From an uncultured Dehalococcoidia bacterium (lineage in GTDB: Bacteria; Chloroflexota; Dehalococcoidia; Lucifugimonadales; UBA3495): DNA of 64,000 nucleotides. Both the position numbers and the translations under genes were made by a program. Below the pieces are notes generated by a model that worked only from the letters and a program-made list of their open reading frames with translations, did not search any database and was not told where the DNA came from. Every line of letters begins with the position of its first letter. Position 1 is the stretch's first letter. Location of the stretch: the NCBI GenBank assembly GCA_951812625.1, contig CATOSP010000001.1:136065-200064 (forward strand). Reading direction: 5' to 3'. Positions 57,789 through 64,000 of the stretch are shown one piece after another.

Positions 57789-58736
57789 CTACCCCACCCT
57801 CTCCAGCGGCTCCATCCCCGCCTCGGCGCGGGCGTCGTTGATATGCTCCAGGATGCGAGTGCCCAGCGGGGCCATCTCGTACCCTATGTCCGCCAGCATC
57901 CGGCTGTTGTCCACCATGTAGACGTGCGGCACAGCCTGGTCTCCCGTGGTTATCTGCGCATCGGGGATGAAGTTCCGCACCTGGTCCGCCATATCCTTGA
58001 TCGTCGCCAGGTGCCCGCCGCTGATGTAAATCCGGTGGTTCAGACTGTCGCTCAGCGCGGCCCGCACGAATATCTCCGCAGCGTCCTCCGCATGGATCAT
58101 CGGCGAAGGTTCGTCCTGGTGGAACGGCATACTCACCGACTGCCCGATGGCCGGCAGCGACACCATCAGCCCGCCGATCATGCCCGTCATGCCCGTAACC
58201 CGCCCATGCCCGAACACCGTGCAGATGCGTATCCCCACGCAGTCCAGGCCGTACCGTTCGTTGTACTTTGCCGCCGCAAAGTCGTTGGCCGCCTTGGTCA
58301 TCCCGTAAACGTTCACCGGCGCGGACAGGTCATCCTCGTTGATGGGACGGTCCCCAAACGTGTCCTGCACCCCGTAGACTGCAATGGAGCTCGCATACAC
58401 CACCCGTTGCACCCCGGTCCAGCGCGCCGCCTCGAAAACGTTGTTCGCTCCCTGGATATTCACCAGCATCCCGAAGTGGGGCCGCTCCTCCGTATCCGGG
58501 GGCAGCAGCGCCGCCATGTGGATGATCCGGTCCACCCCATGCACATTGATCGCCTCCAGCAGGTGCGGGACCTGGGTAATATCCCCCCGGTACACCTGTA
58601 TCCGGTCCAGGTAGGGAGCAAGGTTCGGGCCGGGGCGGCCCAGGTCGAAGCAGACCACCTCCTCACCGCGCTCCACCAACTTGCGCACTATGCGGTTGCC
58701 AATGAATCCCGCGCCGCCGGTGACCATAGTAGTCAT
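57789..58736 (-). CDS. NAD-dependent epimerase/dehydratase (extended SDR)
   Basis: VTGGAGFIGNRIV, ASSIAVYG and YGMTKAANDF motifs. Confidence 0.85.
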   Translation of the reverse strand: MTTMVTGGAGFIGNRIVRKLVERGEEVVCFDLGRPGPNLAPYLDRIQVYRGDITQVPHLLEAINVHGVDRIIHMAALLPPDTEERPHFGMLVNIQGANNVFEAARWTGVQRVVYASSIAVYGVQDTFGDRPINEDDLSAPVNVYGMTKAANDFAAAKYNERYGLDCVGIRICTVFGHGRVTGMTGMIGGLMVSLPAIGQSVSMPFHQDEPSPMIHAEDAAEIFVRAALSDSLNHRIYISGGHLATIKDMADQVRNFIPDAQITTGDQAVPHVYMVDNSRMLADIGYEMAPLGTRILEHINDARAEAGMEPLERVG

Positions 58737-59057
58737 GGGGAAATCTCCCTGGTGCTGAATAAGAAGCCAGGGCCGGAAACTCGATCAAGCCCCGGCCCGA
58801 GGATTGGCCCATGATACAAACGCAACCAGACCCATGCAATCCCCGCCAGCGATCGGAGGCCGGCCCTGCTCCAACCCCCGACCACTGCCCCTTACCGTGC
58901 ATTAACCCACACCCCCATTGTTGACTTTCCTTCTCCCCAACTGATAGTCTCACTTGAACTAGCCCACTGGGGACGGATCCTGTCCGCCGCGTAAGTTCCA
59001 CTTCCCCGGCCGGCACGGCGGTATGGGGCGACGCTCTCGGGAAGGAAGGAGAAACCG

Positions 59058-60197
59058 ATGGCTAAGCGCCTTTTTAAGGAACTGGAAAGGGCCTACGGAT
59101 TCGACGAAGTGGCAATAGTTCCCGGCCAGGTCACCATCAACCCCGACATGACCTCCACCAAGATGACCCTCGGCCACCACAGCTTCGACATCCCCGTCCT
59201 TGCCTCCGCCATGGACGGTGCGGTGTCCCCCAGCTTCGCCACCCTGATGCACCAGATGGGCGGCCTTGGAGTCCTCAACGCCGAGGGCCTCTACACCCGC
59301 TACGAAGACCCCTACTCAGTCCTGGAAGAGATCATCTCCATGCCCCAGGCCGAGGCCACGGGCTACCTCCAGCAGGTGTACTCCGAGCCGATTCAGGAGC
59401 ACCTCGTCGGCGAGCGCGTCCAGGAGATTCGCAAGTCCGGCTCCACCTGCGCCGTCTCCTTCACTCCCCAGAACACCAAGCGCATGTCCCCCGTTGCCGT
59501 CGAGGCCGGGGCCGACATCGTCGTCGTTCAGTCCACCGTCACCACCGCGCGCCACATGTCCCGCAGCTACCGCGGCCTCATCTTCTCCGAGCTCATTGAC
59601 ACGCTGAAGGTCCCCGTCGTCGTCGGCAACTGCGTCACCTACGAGGTGGCCCAGGAACTCATGGAGACCGGCATCGACGGCATCCTCGTCGGCGTCGGAC
59701 CCGGTGCCGCCTGCACCACCCGCGAGGTCGTCGGCGTCGGCGTCCCCCAGGTCACCGCAACCCTCGAATGTGCCGCCGCCCGCGAGGACTACTTCCGCCG
59801 CACCGGGCGCTACGTCAGCGTCATCACCGACGGCGGACTCCGCACCGGCGGCGACATCTGCAAGGCCATCGTCAGCGGGGCCGACGGCGTCATGCTCGGC
59901 ACCCCCTTCGCTCAGGCCGCCGAGGCCCCCGGGCGCGGCTTCAACTGGGGCATGGCCAACCCCCACCCCGAGCTTCCCCGTGGCACCCGCATCGGAGTCG
60001 GCACCAAGGGAACCCTCAGCCAGATCCTCTACGGCCCGACCTCCGTCACCGACGGCACCCAGAACTTCGTCGGCGCTCTCAAGGTGGCAATGGGGATGTG
60101 CGGCGCGTACACCATCCGCGACCTCCACAAGGCCGACATGATCATCGCCCCCGCCATCAAGACCGAGGGCAAATACTTCCAGTTCGCCGGCGCCTGA
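59058..60197 (+). CDS. GuaB3-type IMP-dehydrogenase-related protein (no CBS pair)
   Basis: 379 aa with [37 protein letters not shown] and [16 protein letters not shown]. Confidence 0.8.
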   Translation: MAKRLFKELERAYGFDEVAIVPGQVTINPDMTSTKMTLGHHSFDIPVLASAMDGAVSPSFATLMHQMGGLGVLNAEGLYTRYEDPYSVLEEIISMPQAEATGYLQQVYSEPIQEHLVGERVQEIRKSGSTCAVSFTPQNTKRMSPVAVEAGADIVVVQSTVTTARHMSRSYRGLIFSELIDTLKVPVVVGNCVTYEVAQELMETGIDGILVGVGPGAACTTREVVGVGVPQVTATLECAAAREDYFRRTGRYVSVITDGGLRTGGDICKAIVSGADGVMLGTPFAQAAEAPGRGFNWGMANPHPELPRGTRIGVGTKGTLSQILYGPTSVTDGTQNFVGALKVAMGMCGAYTIRDLHKADMIIAPAIKTEGKYFQFAGA

Positions 60198-60261
60198 CAG
60201 CCATATCGAAACCGCGCCAACCCAATTGTCTCCCCCTCATTGCAGAATGGGACGAGAATAT

Positions 60262-60382
60262 CATCTCCCCCTTTCGCAAAAGGGGGACTGAGGGGGATTT
60301 CTCTCCACAGCCACCACCAATCCCACACCCAAAACGCCATTCCCGCGAAGCGTGTCCCCGCCAAGACGGGGAGCGGGAATCC
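60262..60382. repeat. Composite REP-like hairpin pair (type A at 60262-60306, type B at 60338-60382)
   Basis: Type A: TCCCCCTTTCGCAAAAGGGGGACTGAGGGGGATTTCTCTCC. Type B: CATTCCCGCGAAG...GAGCGGGAATCC. The same pair recurs at 60976-61102. Confidence 0.8.
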
Positions 60383-60408
60383 ACTGGCGCCGATACAAGG
60401 AGGAAACC

Positions 60409-60945
60409 ATGCCAGACACTATCCAGATTCTCGACCCCTCCGCCGAGGACATCCCCGAGGAGAAGGGTCTGAATGCCAACCTCCCCAGCCTGCGCGGCAA
60501 GACCATCGGCCTCCTCGAAAACCGCAAGTACCACGCCGACTCCTTCCTCCATGAGCTGAAGGAAGTCCTCGTCAACGACTATGGCGCGGACAAAGTCATC
60601 TACGCCACCAAGTTCAGCTACAGCGCCCCCTGCGCCACCGAGACCCTCGAATCCCTGGCCCAGGAGTGCGACGTGGTTATCCACGGCGTCGCGGATTGAG
60701 GGTCCTGCACGACGTGGGGTCTCCACGACACAGTTATCACCGAGACTAAGGGAACGCCCTCCCTCAGCGTAATCACCAGCTCCTTCACCCGCGCCGCCCA
60801 CGCCCGCACCACAACCCTCGGAATGCCCGGCGCGCGCATAGTCGTAATCCCCAGCCCCCTCGCCACCCGCTCGGTCGCGGACGTCCAGCAGATGGCCCAC
60901 GACTTCGCCCCCGAAATAGTGAGCCTCCTCACCGGCCAGCCATAA
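60409..60945 (+). CDS. UGSC-motif selenoprotein (in-frame UGA = Sec at 60697-60699)
   Basis: ATG after AAGGAGG. The ORF reads ...VVIHGVAD-TGA-GSCTTWGLHD... and then stays open for 81 more codons with the same strong C-ending codon bias, ending at TAA 60943-60945. A SECIS-like hairpin follows the UGA. Confidence 0.75.
60705..60733 (+). promoter_or_regulatory. Bacterial SECIS-like stem-loop
   Basis: CUGCACGACGUGG-GGUCU-CCACGACACAG. The apical 5-bp stem (CGUGG/CCACG) is extended by G60711-C60729 and CUG/CAG. The GGUCU loop puts G and U at +23/+24 from the U of UGA. Confidence 0.65.
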
Positions 60946-60975
60946 TACCTGGGCGGAAGCCGCGCTAGTCCATCA

Positions 60976-61102
60976 TCCATCTCCCCCTTTTGCGAAAGGG
61001 GGACTAAGGGGGATTTCTCTCCTAACCGGCAGAGAGTCCACCCGCCGTAAATCGTCATTCCCGCGAAACGCCTGCCCTCGACCTGATCGGAGGCGGGAAT
61101 CC
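60976..61102. repeat. Composite REP-like hairpin pair, second copy (type A at 60976-61022, type B at 61055-61102)
   Basis: Near-identical type A core (CCCCCTTTTGCGAAAGGGGGACTAAGGGGGATTTCTCTCC) and type B ends (CATTCCCGCGAAA...GGCGGGAATCC). Confidence 0.8.
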
Positions 61103-61137
61103 ATTCCCCTATGGGCACAAGGAGCGCAAACCACCCA

Positions 61138-61503
61138 ATGCAGCAAGCCCAGACCTACCAGGAACGCAGCCGGGAATACCTCAGCAAAGCCTTCCAGGAA
61201 CTGGAGGCCGGAGACCTCACCCAGGCCTCAGAAAAGGGGTGGGGCGCAGCCGCCCAGATGGTCAAGGCCGTTGCCCAGCACAGGGGAATGGAGCACCACT
61301 CCCACCGTTCCATCCTCTTGGTCGCGCAGCACATCGAGCAAAACATCGGCGGTGACGCCGCAACCCAGTTCGCATTCGCCGAACAACTGCACCGGAACTT
61401 TTACGAAGATACGCTAGACCGCGCTGGCGTGACCATGCGGCTGCAGCAGGTCTTAAGTTTCGTCGACTCTCTGGACAGACTGCTGCCAGACGTGGACCAA
61501 TAG
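61138..61503 (+). CDS. PaREP1/HEPN-like protein, paralogue a
   Basis: Start at ATG 61138 (MQQAQTYQERSREYL), 13 nt after AAGGAG. ASEKGWGAAAQMVKA, HHSHRS and LHRNFYED match my recollection of the PaREP1 family. Confidence 0.6.
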   Translation: MQQAQTYQERSREYLSKAFQELEAGDLTQASEKGWGAAAQMVKAVAQHRGMEHHSHRSILLVAQHIEQNIGGDAATQFAFAEQLHRNFYEDTLDRAGVTMRLQQVLSFVDSLDRLLPDVDQ

Positions 61504-61533
61504 ACGCTACCAACAAGGAGCATTGACAGACCA

Positions 61534-61890
61534 ATGCAGCAAGCCCGGACCTACCGCGAACGCAGCCGCGAATACCTCAGCAAAGCTTTCCAGGAACTGG
61601 AGGCCGGAGACCTCACCCAGGCCTCAGAAAAGGGCTGGGGCGCAGCCGCCCAGATGGTCAAGGCCGTCGCCGACGAAAGGGGCCTTGACCACCGGTCTCA
61701 TCGGGCTATCCTCATCGCAGCGCAGCAGTTGTCACGGGAAACCGGCGGCCACGATATGGACATGCAACTCTCTATAGCGCGTGACCTCCACACCAACTTT
61801 TATGAGGACATACTGGACCGCGAAGAAGTTCAATGGAGGCTCCAGCGCGTGGAGCAGTTCGTGAACAGGGTCGAGGGCCTGTTACACTAG
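61534..61890 (+). CDS. PaREP1/HEPN-like protein, paralogue b
   Basis: MQQARTYRERSREYL... has the same RBS spacing. The first ~135 nt are nearly identical to paralogue a and the rest is diverged. Confidence 0.6.
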   Translation: MQQARTYRERSREYLSKAFQELEAGDLTQASEKGWGAAAQMVKAVADERGLDHRSHRAILIAAQQLSRETGGHDMDMQLSIARDLHTNFYEDILDREEVQWRLQRVEQFVNRVEGLLH

Positions 61891-61937
61891 GACTGCCCCG
61901 GCTCATGTAGAAACACCCCCACAAAGGCCAGACCATC

Positions 61938-63569
61938 ATGCCCAACACCCTCTACTACGGCGACAACCTCCAGGTCCTCCGCGACCACGTCCCCTCCGCG
62001 TCCGTCGACCTCGTCTACCTCGACCCGCCCTTCAACTCCAACGCCTCCTACAACGTCCTCTTCCGAGAGCGCACCGGCGAGGAATCCCCAGCCCAGATCA
62101 AGGCCTTCACCGACACCTGGGAATGGACCCAGGAGACCGAGTACACCTTCGAGGTTGACATCATCCAGAACCCCGCCGTCCCCTCCGCGGTCAAGGAAAT
62201 GATCACCGCCTTCCGCCAGTTCATCGGACGCAACGCCATGATGGCCTACCTCGTGATGATGGCTCCCCGTCTCGTCGAGCTCCACCGCGTCCTCAAACCC
62301 ACCGGCAGCCTCTACCTCCACTGCGACCCCACAGCAAGCCACTACTTGAAGACTCTATTGGATACTGTGTTCGGGGCACGAAATTTTCGGAACGAGATTG
62401 TCTGGCCCAGAACGAACGCACATCACGATGCCAAGCGCTATGGCCGCATACATGATGTGATCTTTTACTACTCCAAGTCGCGCACAACCGTTTGGAATAC
62501 CATCTACACCCCATATACCTCCGAGCAGATTGACGAGCATTACTCCCATGTTGAGGAAGACACTGGAAGGCACTTTAGATTAAGCGATGTGAGTGCTCAA
62601 AAGCCGGGTGGTGATGTTGAGTACGAGTGGAATGGAGTGTATCCGCCGAGGGGTAGGTATTGGGCTTACTCCAGAGCAAACATGGAAGTGTTTGAGCAGG
62701 AGGGGCGTCTATACTACACGAGGAACGGACGCCCATTTCTCAAGCGATACTTGGACGAGATGCTGGGCAATCCAGTCCAAGACGTCTGGCAAGATGTTCC
62801 TTTCATACACGGGTCGTCCGTGGAACTTCTTGGGTATAAGACCCAAAAGCCCGAGGCCCTGCTGGAGCGCATCATCTCCGCATCCTCAAACGAAGGCGAC
62901 GTAGTCCTCGACCCCTTCTGCGGCTGCGGCACGGCGGTGGCGGCGGCGCAGAAGCTGGGACGCAACTGGCTCGGCATCGACATTACCCACCTCGCCGTCG
63001 CCCTGATGAAGAACCGCCTCAAGACCGCCTTCGACCTAGACCCCGTCCAGGACTACGACGTGGTCGGCGAACCCCAGGACGAGGGCAGCGCCCGCGCCCT
63101 CTGGCAGCAGGACCCCTACCAGTTCCAGTTCTGGGCCGTCTCCCTGCTCGAAGCCCAGCCCCAGTCCGAGCAGCGCCGCGGCGCAGACCGGGGCATCGAC
63201 GGCCTCCTCTACTTCATCGACGGCCCCAAGCGCACAACCCGGAAGATCGTCGTCCAGGTCAAGGGCGGCCGCGTCGAAGTGTCCCAGGTCCGCGACCTCA
63301 TCGGCGTCGTGGAGCGCGAAAAAGCCGCAATGGGCCTCTTCATCTCCCTCGACCCTCCAACCGCACCCATGCGCACCGAAGCTAACGGCGGCGGTTTCTT
63401 CCACTCCGACCTCTGGCAGCGCGACTACCCCAAAATCCAGCTGCGCACCATCGGCGAAATGCTCTCCGGCAACAACTTCGACCTCCCCCCGCGCCCCGCC
63501 GCCTACCAGCCCGCCCAGCGGGTCCGCCAGTCCCAGGGCCAACAGGCCACCCTCCCCGAAACCGCCTGA
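61938..63569 (+). CDS. Beta-class N6-adenine/N4-cytosine DNA methyltransferase fused to a C-terminal Mrr-like restriction-endonuclease domain
   Basis: DPPF (motif IV) precedes [10 protein letters not shown] (motif I). The C-terminal FQFWAVSLL...[12 protein letters not shown]...IVVQVKGG...GLFISL is PD-(D/E)xK/Mrr-like. Confidence 0.8.
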   Translation: MPNTLYYGDNLQVLRDHVPSASVDLVYLDPPFNSNASYNVLFRERTGEESPAQIKAFTDTWEWTQETEYTFEVDIIQNPAVPSAVKEMITAFRQFIGRNAMMAYLVMMAPRLVELHRVLKPTGSLYLHCDPTASHYLKTLLDTVFGARNFRNEIVWPRTNAHHDAKRYGRIHDVIFYYSKSRTTVWNTIYTPYTSEQIDEHYSHVEEDTGRHFRLSDVSAQKPGGDVEYEWNGVYPPRGRYWAYSRANMEVFEQEGRLYYTRNGRPFLKRYLDEMLGNPVQDVWQDVPFIHGSSVELLGYKTQKPEALLERIISASSNEGDVVLDPFCGCGTAVAAAQKLGRNWLGIDITHLAVALMKNRLKTAFDLDPVQDYDVVGEPQDEGSARALWQQDPYQFQFWAVSLLEAQPQSEQRRGADRGIDGLLYFIDGPKRTTRKIVVQVKGGRVEVSQVRDLIGVVEREKAAMGLFISLDPPTAPMRTEANGGGFFHSDLWQRDYPKIQLRTIGEMLSGNNFDLPPRPAAYQPAQRVRQSQGQQATLPETA

Positions 63570-63580
63570 CCCCCCCGTCG

Positions 63581-63808
63581 TCAAACCTTCTCTATGCTCT
63601 TTGCCTGCTCGGCCAGCAGTTTGAGAAACGGGGCTAGATGCTCCGAAGCATGGGTAAGCTCAAATCCCACCACGTCAAACCCGTCCTCCTCGCTGCCAAA
63701 GTCGATTACCAGGGGCGGACTGACCCGGCCCGAAGTTGCAATGCTCCGCCCCGGGATGAGCATCCTCAGGATGTCGGACTCCTCATCGTAGCTGACCTCC
63801 AAGTTCAC
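63581..63808 (-). CDS. DUF2283-like small protein (putative antitoxin)
   Basis: 75 aa with VSYDEESDILRMLI typical of DUF2283. It overlaps the upstream gene by 4 nt. Confidence 0.55.
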   Translation of the reverse strand: MNLEVSYDEESDILRMLIPGRSIATSGRVSPPLVIDFGSEEDGFDVVGFELTHASEHLAPFLKLLAEQAKSIEKV

Positions 63809-64000
63809 AACTCACCTCGCAGATACCTTCTCGTTGCCCGTTCGTCAAAGAAAGCGGTCGGTATGGTCTGATCGTCCCTCTTGGAAATTGCAACCGCCAA
63901 CAGCGTCACATTGTCCCCTATGAAACCATAGTAATTTGTCGAGTCGTTGTATTCATCATCCTCAATCGCCGCCGGAGAATCTATCACCTGAACGATCCAC
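63805..64000 (-). CDS. DUF4258-like putative toxin (partial; runs off the window)
   Basis: The frame is open to the window edge. ...TLLAVAISKRDDQTIPTAFF... resembles the DUF4258 C-terminus. Low certainty. Confidence 0.35.
   Translation of the reverse strand, partial: WIVQVIDSPAAIEDDEYNDSTNYYGFIGDNVTLLAVAISKRDDQTIPTAFFDERATRRYLRGEL

Noticed and set aside
58921-59057. Promoter-like TTGACT-17-ATAGTC and a ~110-nt GC-rich leader with hairpins upstream of GuaB3. I wondered about a purine-related, ykkC-like or ZTP riboswitch.
   Set aside because: Only short word matches (ACGGCGG, CUAG) are present. I could not thread the sequence onto any consensus structure. It would need cmsearch against Rfam to revisit.
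59316-60900. Long minus-strand ORFs (59316-60128, 60157-60900 and 60618-61118) and overlapping plus-strand alternatives in the GuaB3/selenoprotein region
   Set aside because: They are antisense or out of frame relative to genes with clear family motifs. Their Gly/Ala/Asp-rich low-complexity translations are typical of extreme GC3 regions.
1-64000. Search for CRISPR arrays, rRNA genes, tmRNA, RNase P RNA or SRP RNA
   Set aside because: I saw no regularly spaced direct repeats of 24-40 bp and none of the conserved cores of these RNAs. The only tandem or dispersed repeats are those listed as features.

Overview
This is a high-GC bacterial chromosomal segment with consistent AGGAGG-type ribosome-binding sites. 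Gene content hints at an uncultivated Chloroflexota/SAR202-like organism: many SDR, LLM and TPP catabolic paralogues, a PhnZ-like oxygenase, a sulfatase-like gene and common environmental REP hairpins. That assignment is inference only. Ordinary metabolic genes alternate with accessory or decaying patches.

From left to right:
- **1-4794:** an IS pile-up with two of the three IS701-family copies and one IS5-family element, around a PrpD-family gene.
- **5565-11784:** ornithine cyclodeaminase, a 2-hydroxyacid dehydrogenase, a NarL-type two-component pair, and histidine decarboxylase plus an ACT protein.
- **12608-17976:** two tandem GAF-PAS-kinase-like-REC-wHTH fusion genes. Both lack the phospho-acceptor His, and the second carries an amber stop.
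- **18559-23111:** a fossil two-gene DUF3696/AAA-type ATPase module destroyed by an IS630 insertion, an IS701 insertion, a frameshift and a nonsense codon.
- **23887-31805:** an island-like stretch with a kinase-fold gene, a methyltransferase, an SDR pseudogene, a Thr-type sulfatase-family gene, a 27-aa peptide and two integrases, ending at tRNA-Ser(CGA). It also holds a tRNA-Ile-like remnant.
- **32302-41860:** a PhnZ-like HD oxygenase, an ABC-F ATPase, and an SDR/RmlD/VOC/TPP catabolic cluster.
- **41857-47939:** a co-directional corrinoid methyl-transfer operon. A low-GC DUF5615 / triple-DUF433 toxin-antitoxin-like pair is embedded in it.
- **48184-50740:** a collagen-like lipoprotein, then an autoregulated-looking RHH plus Zn-ribbon/HNH/glycine-zipper membrane-protein module.
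- **50799-54998:** a peptide/opine-type ABC importer without ATPase genes.
- **55955-60197:** an LLM oxidoreductase, a DUF3800 pseudogene, an epimerase and GuaB3.
- **60409-64000:** a UGA-containing UGSC-motif selenoprotein gene with a canonical-looking SECIS, two tandem PaREP1/HEPN-like genes, a compositionally mosaic methyltransferase-Mrr fusion, and a DUF2283/DUF4258-like pair.

I found no rRNA genes and no CRISPR array. All family assignments come from reading motifs by eye; no database search was run.
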